From the NCBI GenBank assembly GCA_051252005.1, contig JBPOEZ010000003.1, positions 164,984 to 228,983 of the forward strand: a stretch of 64,000 bases of DNA, in the 5' to 3' direction. The notes below the pieces were generated by a model. The model saw only the letters and a list, made by a program, of their open reading frames with translations, made no database searches and was not told where the DNA came from. Positions 17,657-26,732 of this stretch are shown here, piece after piece. A program made the translations under genes and the position numbers. The stretch's first letter is position 1; every line of letters begins with the position of its first letter. This stretch comes from Alphaproteobacteria bacterium (lineage in GTDB: Bacteria; Pseudomonadota; Alphaproteobacteria; Caulobacterales; Maricaulaceae).

Positions 17657-18105
17657 AACATCTAACTCAACTTACAATTACTGCCTTAGCTGCATTTATT
17701 CTGTCTGCGTGTGGCGGCTCCGGCGACATGGATCACAGTAAAATGGAACATGCTAAAACGGATGACGCCAAGATGGACCACAGCACAATGGACTACAGTA
17801 AATTGGATGAAGCGAAAACGATGGGCGGCACGGGCCATACAACAGGCGTAATATTATCCATCAGTCCAGACGGCACAGAAGCGACGATTGATCATCAGGC
17901 AATCGACGGCGTTGGCATGGGGGCGATGACGATGGGCTTTGGTATCACGTCTTCGGTCGATCTGTCCGGATTTGCGAAAGACGACAATGTCAGCTTCATG
18001 GTCAAAAAGGGCCGTGATGGAAGCTACCGCATCACCGCAATTTGTAACACAGATACAGAGGGCAAAGACTGCCTCAATGCGAAGATGGATCATAGCGGTC
18101 ACTGA
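17653..18105 (+). CDS. cusF: CusF-like periplasmic copper chaperone with a Met/His-rich N-terminal repeat
   Basis: Lipobox LSAC. MDHSKMEHAKTDDAKMDHSTMDYSK repeats. CusF-like core GVILSI..IDHQAIDGVGMGAMTMGF. Confidence 0.75.
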   Translation: MKHLTQLTITALAAFILSACGGSGDMDHSKMEHAKTDDAKMDHSTMDYSKLDEAKTMGGTGHTTGVILSISPDGTEATIDHQAIDGVGMGAMTMGFGITSSVDLSGFAKDDNVSFMVKKGRDGSYRITAICNTDTEGKDCLNAKMDHSGH

Positions 18106-18158
18106 TTGCTTGCGCCTGCGATTTTTGTCGTAGGCGCATCCGCTCTGAGGAGGGCACA

Positions 18159-18890
18159 ATGAATAAAGCGATATTAAACCGAAATTTGCGAAAGCTACAT
18201 TTATGGTTCGGGATTGGCATAGGTCTGCAATTGGGACTGTGGCTCATCTCTGGCTTATTCATGACACTTTTTCCAATCGACCAAGTGCGCGGTACACATC
18301 TGCGTAGTGACCAACCACCGCCGCTTTTAGAGCCGAGCCTGGATATATTAGGGCCCATGGACATTCTTATCCAACATGCCCTCACGCCGCAGTCTCTCAC
18401 ATTGCAATTAATTGAGACTGAGCCCGTTTATTTAGCGCTTAATGATGGCAAACCTCAGATTTTTGATGCCAAGACAGGTACCCCGCGCTCGCCGCTGAAC
18501 GAAGCTCTGGCGACTAAGATCGCCGTCACAAATTATGCCGGGCGCAGCACAGCTATGAGCGCAACACTTTTTTCAGGCAAAGCGCCGCGAGAATATGGAC
18601 GCGAAGGTCCAGTCTGGCGCATCGACTTCGCAAAGCCGGATGCTGCCAGTTTTTACGTCGATGCCACAACCGCCGAGGTCAAAGCGGTAAGAACGGGGCT
18701 TTGGCGCACCTATGATTTTATGTGGGGGCTGCACATCATGGATTGGAGCAACCGTGAGAATTTTAATTCGTGGTGGCTCAAGGCTTTTTCTGCACTTTCA
18801 ATTGTCTTCTTTCTTTCTGGATTTGGGCTCGCCGTTCTGAGGTTTCTCAGCACAGTTAAACGTCGCCGCCAAACCAAGATTGGAGGCTAA
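18159..18890 (+). CDS. PepSY-TM-like membrane protein
   Basis: N-terminal LRKLHLWFGIGIGLQLGLWLISG, typical of PepSY-associated TM helices, plus a C-terminal TM helix. Confidence 0.6.
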   Translation: MNKAILNRNLRKLHLWFGIGIGLQLGLWLISGLFMTLFPIDQVRGTHLRSDQPPPLLEPSLDILGPMDILIQHALTPQSLTLQLIETEPVYLALNDGKPQIFDAKTGTPRSPLNEALATKIAVTNYAGRSTAMSATLFSGKAPREYGREGPVWRIDFAKPDAASFYVDATTAEVKAVRTGLWRTYDFMWGLHIMDWSNRENFNSWWLKAFSALSIVFFLSGFGLAVLRFLSTVKRRRQTKIGG

Positions 18891-18892
18891 GC

Positions 18893-19960
18893 ATGGTCTC
18901 AACACTCCCGGAAACTCCAAATGATCCGTTATTTGGGAGTAATCATCTCACGCCTATTCGGTGGGTTCTTGCGGGCCTCGTTGCCCTAGGGCACTTTTGG
19001 CTTACGACTACGGGCTATGAACCTTTTCGCCTGCATCAATGGACGGGCGGCTATATGGCGGTGAACGGGTTTTTTGTGCTCTCTGGTCTGCTTATCATGA
19101 AAAGCCTCGCGACACGAAACGACTTGAAGTCCTATGCGGTTTCTCGGCTCCTTAGGATTTATCCGGCTTTAATAGCCCTCATGGTTGCTTTCATATTTAT
19201 CTTCTCAACCGTCTTTTCTAAACCGGGCGGTCTGCCTAATTTGACGTCACTCGATACATGGTCTTATGCGCTACGTGTCTTATTGATGGGAGATCCGGAA
19301 GGCGCGCCAAGCGGTATATTCATGGGTAATGTTGAGCAGGATTTTAATGGCCCGCTTTGGACTATCAGATATGAACTGGCGGCTTATGTTTTAGCGGCCT
19401 TCGCCTTTGCTATAGGTCTCGCAAAACGTTTATGGACAACCGTGGCAATGCTTATGGTGGTCCAAGCCATATATATTCTCGCGCCTTTAGCCGCTGATGT
19501 TTCCGCCCTGCCAACATCTCTATTGCCTTTGTTTAGACTATCAGGCTGCTTCCTTCTTGGCATGGCCCTCTGGCACTGGCCAGCAGGCCGCAGACCGCCT
19601 TTGTGGAGTATTGGGGTTGTCGCTATTCTATTCGCCGTCTTTGGCGCTGGGTTTGCGGGAGAGCTACTTGCAACACTTTTACTCACGGGGCTGATGTTGA
19701 GACTGGGGCTTTCGCGCCGTCAATTTAAGCCGCTGCTCAAACTGCCGGATTACTCATACGGCATTTATATTTGGCATTACCCAATTATCCAAGCGGTGCT
19801 ATTCTTCATCCCGGGTTTAGGGCCATTTGAAATCATGGCGATTTCAACGCCTCTATTCATTCTTTTTGCAGGACTGTCTTGGCACATGATCGAAAAGCCT
19901 GCGTTAAGGCTTAAATCGCGTATACCTAACGCCCGTGTTAATCCTAAGTCGAACAAGTGA
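18893..19960 (+). CDS. Acyltransferase family 3 membrane protein
   Basis: About 10 TM helices. Family-typical LRIYPAL and IYIWHYPI motifs. Confidence 0.7.
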   Translation: MVSTLPETPNDPLFGSNHLTPIRWVLAGLVALGHFWLTTTGYEPFRLHQWTGGYMAVNGFFVLSGLLIMKSLATRNDLKSYAVSRLLRIYPALIALMVAFIFIFSTVFSKPGGLPNLTSLDTWSYALRVLLMGDPEGAPSGIFMGNVEQDFNGPLWTIRYELAAYVLAAFAFAIGLAKRLWTTVAMLMVVQAIYILAPLAADVSALPTSLLPLFRLSGCFLLGMALWHWPAGRRPPLWSIGVVAILFAVFGAGFAGELLATLLLTGLMLRLGLSRRQFKPLLKLPDYSYGIYIWHYPIIQAVLFFIPGLGPFEIMAISTPLFILFAGLSWHMIEKPALRLKSRIPNARVNPKSNK

Positions 19961-20147
19961 GCCTTTCCACGGAGTGTCCAAGCGCGAGCTATTATTTAGA
20001 GCGAGTTTAATTACCCAGTTTTTTGGTCAATATGGAAGCTTGAGGCAATTTCCATATAACGGTTGTGAATGTCCAATTATGCATGTCTTTGCCCCTTAAA
20101 ACTGAACCATCTTTTACTTAGTAGTTTTGATGGAAAGGAATTGAGTT

Positions 20148-20435
20148 ATGGCAAGGAAGAGGTTTTCGGATGAGGACGTTATTCGGTTATTGCGTCAGAT
20201 TGAGGTTGAGTTGGCGTCTGGTGTGACGGTAGCGACGGCGTGCCGGTCTGTTGGCGTTAGTGATGCGACCTATTATGGCTGGCGAAAGAAATTCGGCGGC
20301 ATGGGGCCTTCTAAAGTCAAGCAGATGAAGGTTTTGGAGAAAGAGAACCAACGGCTTCGTAAAGCTGTATCGGATCTGACATTGGACAAGTTGATCTTGC
20401 AGGAGAGCCTTGATTATTTAAAGCCCAAGGCCTGA
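20148..20435 (+). CDS. IS3-family transposase OrfA
   Basis: KRFSDEDVIRLL...GVSDATYYGWRKKFGGM followed by a leucine zipper. Confidence 0.9.
   Translation: MARKRFSDEDVIRLLRQIEVELASGVTVATACRSVGVSDATYYGWRKKFGGMGPSKVKQMKVLEKENQRLRKAVSDLTLDKLILQESLDYLKPKA
20417..20423 (+). promoter_or_regulatory. Candidate -1 programmed frameshift heptamer T_TTA_AAG
   Basis: X_XXY_YYZ pattern in the orfA frame. The orfB frame (-1) is open from 20414 and overlaps the end of orfA. Confidence 0.6.
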
Positions 20436-20548
20436 CAGCTTCTAAGCTACGTCAGGCCATTATTCATTGTCGACAAAGGCTCAACACATCTGAACGTCGT
20501 ACGTGTCAGACCATAGGTGTATCCCGCAGTAGCTTCCGTTATCAATCA

Positions 20549-21268
20549 GTGCCGAAAGATGACGAAGCGGAACTGCGATTAGCTCTCATCCGGCTTGCTA
20601 AAAAATATGGCCGTTATGGCTACCGCAAGATAGCTGCACTTCTGCAAATGGAAGGCTGGATGATCAACCACAAAAAGGCTGAACGGTTGTGGAGAGAGGA
20701 AGGCCTTCAGCTTCCCAAGCGGCATAAGAAGCGTAAACGGCTGTATCACAAAGACAGCTCGGTCATAAGGCTCAGACCTCAGTATAAGAACCACATTTGG
20801 AGCGTAGACTTCGTACATGACAAGCTCAGTTCTGGCCGCTCTTATAAGATGCTGACAGTGCTGGATGAATATACCCGTCAGGCATTATGTGTTGAAGTGA
20901 AGTCAAAGATGGGCTCGGCGGATGTATTGGAAGCTTTGTATCCTCTTCTGCTAAAACACGGAAAGCCGGAATACATCCGCTCAGATAATGGCTCTGAGTT
21001 TATCGCAACTGCGCTCCAGCTCTGGTTACGCAAGGTTGGGGTCAAGCCGATACAGATCTACCCTGGGTCACCTTGGGAAAATGGATATAATGAGCGCTTC
21101 AATGGAACTCTCCGCCATGAAGTCCTCAATGCAGAATGGTTCACCAGCATCAATCAGGCCCAAACAGTTATCAACATGTGGCTCAAAGAGTACAATCACA
21201 TAAGGCCGCATCAATCCCTAAACATGCGTCCGCCGGTCCCAGAGACTCTACATCAAAGTGGTACATAA
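20549..21268 (+). CDS. IS3-family transposase OrfB (DDE integrase core), probably made as an OrfAB fusion
   Basis: WSVDFVHD, SDNGSEF and ERFNGTLRHEV motifs. The frame is open upstream to 20414 without its own obvious start. Confidence 0.85.
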   Translation: MPKDDEAELRLALIRLAKKYGRYGYRKIAALLQMEGWMINHKKAERLWREEGLQLPKRHKKRKRLYHKDSSVIRLRPQYKNHIWSVDFVHDKLSSGRSYKMLTVLDEYTRQALCVEVKSKMGSADVLEALYPLLLKHGKPEYIRSDNGSEFIATALQLWLRKVGVKPIQIYPGSPWENGYNERFNGTLRHEVLNAEWFTSINQAQTVINMWLKEYNHIRPHQSLNMRPPVPETLHQSGT

Positions 21269-21372
21269 AAAAGGGGCTGGACACTATAGTCAGCAGTTTC
21301 TTGATAGTTCTGCATTATGGCGAATCTAAACGCCGGGGACAGGAGCCATCCACACCATCCGCTATGGGGATC

Positions 21373-21456
21373 AACCTACGTTTCTGCGAGCGGCCGTAGT
21401 TGGCGATTTTAAGCCGCTCAGTTTTCGGCAGCGCGGGGGTTGCGGACGTTAGAATC
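21373..21456 (+). repeat. Leader-head repeat copy F (diverged)
   Basis: GAGCGGCCGTAGTTGGCGATTTTAAGCCGCT...GTTAGAATC aligns with copy A (CAGCGGCTGTTTTGGAGCGATTTTAGGACGCT) and copy E (..CTTAGAGGATC). Its head is poorly conserved. Confidence 0.4.
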
Positions 21457-21507
21457 AAATGAAGAACGGTATAAAAAATAAATTCCGAACGATGCGCGCC
21501 GCCGCGA

Positions 21508-23541
21508 TTACGATGTATGCTTGCTACGTTTGTATCCTAACAACCGCAGCGCATTGAAAACCACAATCAAGGTGGAGCCTTCATGGATTAAGACCGCCGG
21601 ACCAATCCCTAGTCCAAATAAAGTCGCCGGAATAAGCAGCGCAACAGTACCGAGGCTCGCCCATAAATTTTGCCGAATGATCCGGCTGGTCTGACGGCTA
21701 AGCCCAACGGCAAAGGGCAAGGTTTCCAAATCATCCGCCATCAAGGCAATGTCTGCGGTTTCGAGCGCCACATCAGAACCTGCAGCGCCCATGGCGATAC
21801 CAACCGTTGCATTGGCCATAGCGGGCGCATCATTGACGCCATCCCCAACCATAGCGACGCCACCTTGAGCTTTCAGTTCTGCGATTTTGGTCACTTTATC
21901 TTCGGGCATCAGGTCGCCGAACGCGATATCCAATCCAACCTCTTTCGCTACAGCATTGGCCACATTCTGATTGTCTCCCGAGATCATCATCATGCGCTTG
22001 AGACCAATAGCGCGAAGGTCAGCGATAACGGTTTTGGCCGTCTCGCGCGGCGTATCCATGAGGCCTATTGCACCTAAATATCGCTCGCCCGCGCGCACGA
22101 TCATCGTCGTGCGGCCTTTGGTTGATAGTTCTTCAACGAGCCTGCGTAAGTCATCCGGTAACGGCGAACCCTCGGCCTCATCAAACAGCGCTGTCTTACC
22201 GATATGTACGAGTTCACCATTCACTCTGGCCGATACGCCTTGGCCGATAATATTCGCAAAATCTGTTGCCTCACGGGGATTATCTCCCAAGCGCTTTTTG
22301 ACATCTTCAACAACGGCCTGCGCTAATGGATGGTCACTGAGCGCTTCGACCGCCGCGCTGATTTCAAGGAGTTCTGTTTCCGATGTGTCGCCATAAGGCA
22401 CGATGTCCACCAGAAGAGGCTCACCAATGGTCAGCGTGCCAGTCTTGTCAAAAGCAATTGCGTCGAGACGACCCAGTGCTTCAAGCGGCGCGCCGCCTTT
22501 TATCAAAACGCCGCCGCGCGCAGCTCGGGCAACGCCTGACAATATGGCGCTCGGCGTTGCAATCGCCAGCGCGCAGGGACTGGCCGCGACTAAGACCGCC
22601 ATGGCGCGGTAAAAACTCGTGGCGGGACTCTCATCTAAGACAAGGAATGACAGGCTCGTCAAAACGGCCAAGACAATCACGCACGGCACGAATATTCTTT
22701 CAAACTTCTTGGTGAAGCTCTGCGTCGGAGATTGTCGAGTTTGCGCTTCGGCGACCATTGTCATCACGCGCGCCAATGTTGTTTCACCCGCCAGTTTTGT
22801 GACGAGCACTTCAAGACTACCGCTGCCGTTAATTGAGCCGGCAAAGACGCGGCCCGATGCAGAGACAGCATCCGGATTTTCTAATGCCCGTGCGCGGTCC
22901 TCAACCGGCAATTTGTCTACAGGCGCGCTTTCACCTGTAATCGGCGCTTGATTGACGGCGCTTGCACCTTTGACAACAAATCCGTCTGCAGGCAGGCGTT
23001 CATTTGAGCGCACAATAACAATGTCGCCAATTTTGAGCGCGTTGATATGAACAGTTTCCGTTTTATCGCCGCGCCGAACCAAAGCCTCATCGGGCGTTAA
23101 ATCGGCGAGCGCTGCAACAGCATTTCGGGCGCGGGCCATAGCATAATTCTCAAGCGCATGGCCAATACTGAATAAGAAAAGTAAAAATGCGCCTTCCGCC
23201 CATTCGCCTAAAAATGCGGCTCCCGATGCGGCCACTATCATCAGAAAATCTATTTGGAATTGCCCTTTGAGTATTTTCCCGAGCGCTTCGCGCAAAGCGA
23301 AATACCCGCCGAAGAAATAAGCGGCAAGCAAAAACCCAAACCCGACTTGTCCGGGAATGAGATTAAGTTTCGGCCCAAGCCAGCCCGTCAGCAAACAAAT
23401 CCCGCAAAGGGCCGCAAATATGATTTCAGCGCGTCCGCCTAGAAGACGGTTTAAGACATCATCATGGGCGTGGTTGTGTCCGTCATTTTCAGTGTGATCA
23501 TCGCCATCAGGCTCATTTGAATGTTCGTGTTTATCAGACAT
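21508..23541 (-). CDS. P1B-type heavy-metal ATPase with an SPC motif (P1B-4-like, Co/Zn/Cd type)
   Basis: DKTGTLT, GDGVNDAPA, TM motif ASPCALAIATP, His-rich N-terminus (HEHSNEPDGDDHTENDGHNHAHDD). No ferredoxin-fold CxxC metal-binding domain. Confidence 0.85.
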   Translation of the reverse strand: MSDKHEHSNEPDGDDHTENDGHNHAHDDVLNRLLGGRAEIIFAALCGICLLTGWLGPKLNLIPGQVGFGFLLAAYFFGGYFALREALGKILKGQFQIDFLMIVAASGAAFLGEWAEGAFLLFLFSIGHALENYAMARARNAVAALADLTPDEALVRRGDKTETVHINALKIGDIVIVRSNERLPADGFVVKGASAVNQAPITGESAPVDKLPVEDRARALENPDAVSASGRVFAGSINGSGSLEVLVTKLAGETTLARVMTMVAEAQTRQSPTQSFTKKFERIFVPCVIVLAVLTSLSFLVLDESPATSFYRAMAVLVAASPCALAIATPSAILSGVARAARGGVLIKGGAPLEALGRLDAIAFDKTGTLTIGEPLLVDIVPYGDTSETELLEISAAVEALSDHPLAQAVVEDVKKRLGDNPREATDFANIIGQGVSARVNGELVHIGKTALFDEAEGSPLPDDLRRLVEELSTKGRTTMIVRAGERYLGAIGLMDTPRETAKTVIADLRAIGLKRMMMISGDNQNVANAVAKEVGLDIAFGDLMPEDKVTKIAELKAQGGVAMVGDGVNDAPAMANATVGIAMGAAGSDVALETADIALMADDLETLPFAVGLSRQTSRIIRQNLWASLGTVALLIPATLFGLGIGPAVLIHEGSTLIVVFNALRLLGYKRSKHTS

Positions 23542-23595
23542 AGTAAATTCCTTTAGTCAGGCTCCGACGGGCAGAGGCCAATCGGAGCCCTTTAA

Positions 23596-26500
23596 TCATT
23601 CAGCCAAAGCCGCGTTACCTTCATGCAACGTCTCAACCATAGAATGGTGCCCGCCGGGTTTTGGCGCGAACCATTTATGGAGCGCGGGCATAACAAGGAG
23701 CGTGAGTAAGGTTGATGTTACTAAGCCGCCAATGACCACGGTTGCCAATGGGCGTTGCACTTCTGCGCCGACGCCTGTCGCGAGCAATAAAGGCGCAAGC
23801 CCCAGTGCGGTTGTCAGGGCCGTCATTAAGACGGGGCGCGCCCGAAGTCCGGCGGCATCAATCGCGAGCGTATCGCGGTCGCGTCCGGCGCGGGCAAAAT
23901 CATCCATGAAGCTCACCAGCACCATGCCGTTTCCGAGCGCAATACCAAACAGCGCAATGAAACCAACTGTTGCAGGCACTGAAACAGGCAGGCCCGTTAT
24001 CCACAGCGCCAAAGCACCGCCCGTCAAAGCCAGCGGGATATTCAACAAGATGAGTATAGCCGATTTCATTCTGCCGAATGTGATGAGCAATATGAAGAAC
24101 ACAATGGCCAGCGTGATCGGAATGACAACGGCAAACCTTGCATTGGCCTGTTGTTGCAATTCGAATTGCCCGCCCCAAATCAGGCGATAGCCCGGCGGTA
24201 GATTAAGCTGTTCGTCCGTCAACGCCTGCGCGTCTAAAACGAAAGACCCAATATCACGTCCGCGTACATTGGATTGCACCGTGATGAAACGCTCACCATC
24301 CTCTCGCGTGATCTGGCGCGGACCGATAACGGTTTCAATACTGGCAACGGTCTCTAAAGGCACGCGCGCACCAGTAGAGGATTTTAAAATTATCCGACTA
24401 ATTGCCTCCGGCGTATTTCTGTCCTCGGCATGGAAGCGCACAACAATCGGGAATTGCCTAACACCCTCAAAGAGCGCACCCGCTTCAGCGCCGCCAACAG
24501 AGGCACGCAGGGCATCCAACGCATCTTCGACATCCAAACCGTAACGGCCCAACGCTGCCCGATCCATTGTCACAACGAGCTGCGGAGCGCCTGTGATCTG
24601 GTCGGCCTGCACTTCGGCGGCTCCCTCGACTTGCTGTAGCAGAGCCTGCAAAACCTTTGACTGCTCAAGCAAAACATCAGAATCGGGTCCAAATATTTTG
24701 ACGGCTAATTCTGCTCGGGTGCCTGTTAGTAGCTCATCAACTGACATCGCAATGGGCTGACCAATATTAACGACAATTCCCGGATAACTTTCTAGGTTTT
24801 CAGAAATGCCAGCACGCAAATCCTCAGCCGACAGTCCAGCCCGCCATTGATCTTGCGTCTTAAGCTCAACAAAGCTTTCCGCACTATTGGTCGGATCGGC
24901 ATGAGCACCGACTTCGCCGCGCCCGATACGTGTCACAATAGATTTGATTTCAGGGAAGGTTTCCAGAAGACGTTTTTCGACACGCGTTGTGGTCGCAGAC
25001 GCTTCGGTCAATGAAATAGACGGCGCCATAGTCATGCGCAGTAAAATATCCCCTTCTTCTAAGGCTGGCGTAAATTCAGAGCCAAGGCGCGACCCCGCCA
25101 ATCCTCCGGCAAGCAATAAAATGCCGGCAAGCACTATGGCGGCAAATCTTTTCCTCACGAAAAAGCTTGAAGCCATACTTACATATTTGGCTAATGGGTC
25201 TGGCTTGTCAGATTTACGTTTAGATGAGCGGCGCATGAGTCCATTGGCCATCGCAGGCGCGATAAGCGCGGCATAAAAAAGAGACCCTGTCATCGCCAAG
25301 GCAGCCGAAGCAGCCAGCGGCCTAAATGTCTTACCTTCTACGCCTTGAAGAGAAAATAAGGGCAAAAAGACAACGATAACCACGATCACGGCGGCAACCA
25401 GAGGCGCAATAACCTCAGCCGATGAGCGCGCGACAATCGTGCGTGTGTCAACACTGAAATCGCTTTCTCGCAATCCCCGGTCAACATTCTCGGTAATGAC
25501 AATAGCGCCGTCCACCATCATACCGATGGCAATAGCCACGCCGCCCAATGACATGAGGTTAGCGCCTATCCCCAAGACATGCATCGCAATGAACGCAAAG
25601 CCAACCGAAAACGGAATTGAGAGGACGACGACCAAGCTTGGACGCCAACCGCCTAGGAAAATAAATACGACCACCGCTACCAGTAGAGCGCCTTGCCACA
25701 AAGCCGTTGTGACGGTGGCTGACGCTTTATTGACTAGATTGCCTTGATCATAATAGGGAATGGCTGTGACGCCTTCGGGGAGTGTTGTATTGATTTCATC
25801 GAAACGGGTCTGCACTTTGGCAATCACGTCAGATGTGTTGGTTCCGTAGAGCTTTAAGACGAGACCTGCGACGACTTCACCTTCACCATTGGCTGTCGCA
25901 AGGCCTTGGCGCACACCGCCGCCAATAATGATTTCGCCCAAATCGCGAACCCGAATAGGACGTCCATCATCAACATTAACAACGATTTCGGCTAAGTCTT
26001 CGACTGACCGCGCAAGACCTACGCCGCGAACCGTATATTGCTCCGCGCCGATTTCAAGAAATTGAGCGCCCTCGGTTTTATTTCCGCGCTCCAGCGCCGT
26101 CATCACATCACCGATTTGAATATCATAGGCAAGTAAGGCATCCGGATCTAGCTGAACCTGATATTGTTTCTCAAAACCGCCGAGCGACAAAACTTCAGTA
26201 ACGCCAGGAACCGTTTGCAATTGATATTTAATTATCCAGTCTTGTATTTCGCGCATATCAACAAGACTTCGTGTGCCCGTTTCATCCGCCAGTCTGAAAT
26301 ATAGAATAATGCCGAGGCCGGTAGAAATTGGCCCCATTTGCGGGTCGCCAAACCCGTCGGGAATATTGCCGCGCGCTTCCGCTAACCTCTCGCCGACAAC
26401 CTGCCGGGCAAAGTAAACATCCGTGCCGTCTTCAAAGTATATATTGACCACTGAAAGGCCAAAGTTTGAGACCGAACGCATGTTTTTAAGCTTTGGCAAG

Positions 26501-26721
26501 CCTGCCATGGCTGTCTCAATCGGATAGGTGACGTAGCGTTCGACTTCTTCAGGGGCGAGGCCTTCGGTTTCGGTGAACACCTGAACCAGTGAGGGTGTAA
26601 CGTCGGGAAAGGCGTCAACAGGCAATGCGCGGAACGCGTATATGCCGCCAAGTGTAATGGCGAGTGCGGCGATTGCAGCCAACAGGCGGCCTCCCGCAAT
26701 GCGATGCATAAAATTAAACAT
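23596..26721 (-). CDS. czcA: CzcA-type heavy-metal efflux RND pump
   Basis: 1041-aa HME-RND protein in a czcCBA-ordered operon. It lacks the CusA Met triad. Confidence 0.85.
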   Translation of the reverse strand: MFNFMHRIAGGRLLAAIAALAITLGGIYAFRALPVDAFPDVTPSLVQVFTETEGLAPEEVERYVTYPIETAMAGLPKLKNMRSVSNFGLSVVNIYFEDGTDVYFARQVVGERLAEARGNIPDGFGDPQMGPISTGLGIILYFRLADETGTRSLVDMREIQDWIIKYQLQTVPGVTEVLSLGGFEKQYQVQLDPDALLAYDIQIGDVMTALERGNKTEGAQFLEIGAEQYTVRGVGLARSVEDLAEIVVNVDDGRPIRVRDLGEIIIGGGVRQGLATANGEGEVVAGLVLKLYGTNTSDVIAKVQTRFDEINTTLPEGVTAIPYYDQGNLVNKASATVTTALWQGALLVAVVVFIFLGGWRPSLVVVLSIPFSVGFAFIAMHVLGIGANLMSLGGVAIAIGMMVDGAIVITENVDRGLRESDFSVDTRTIVARSSAEVIAPLVAAVIVVIVVFLPLFSLQGVEGKTFRPLAASAALAMTGSLFYAALIAPAMANGLMRRSSKRKSDKPDPLAKYVSMASSFFVRKRFAAIVLAGILLLAGGLAGSRLGSEFTPALEEGDILLRMTMAPSISLTEASATTTRVEKRLLETFPEIKSIVTRIGRGEVGAHADPTNSAESFVELKTQDQWRAGLSAEDLRAGISENLESYPGIVVNIGQPIAMSVDELLTGTRAELAVKIFGPDSDVLLEQSKVLQALLQQVEGAAEVQADQITGAPQLVVTMDRAALGRYGLDVEDALDALRASVGGAEAGALFEGVRQFPIVVRFHAEDRNTPEAISRIILKSSTGARVPLETVASIETVIGPRQITREDGERFITVQSNVRGRDIGSFVLDAQALTDEQLNLPPGYRLIWGGQFELQQQANARFAVVIPITLAIVFFILLITFGRMKSAILILLNIPLALTGGALALWITGLPVSVPATVGFIALFGIALGNGMVLVSFMDDFARAGRDRDTLAIDAAGLRARPVLMTALTTALGLAPLLLATGVGAEVQRPLATVVIGGLVTSTLLTLLVMPALHKWFAPKPGGHHSMVETLHEGNAALAE

Positions 26722-26732
26722 ATCTGATTTCC

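Larger units (their letters stand above)
20060..21300 (+). mobile_element. IS3-family (IS407-group-like) insertion sequence; ends approximate
   Basis: orfA/orfB with a -1 frameshift. Only a weak terminal inverted repeat was seen (TGTCTTTGCCCCTT near 20079-20092 against AAGGGGCTGGACA near 21274-21286), so the boundaries are uncertain. Confidence 0.6.

Noticed and set aside
20060-21300. Exact inverted repeats and target-site duplication of the IS
   Set aside because: Only a short GCCCCTT-containing match could be aligned by eye, and the outer ends do not pair convincingly. I therefore report only approximate boundaries.
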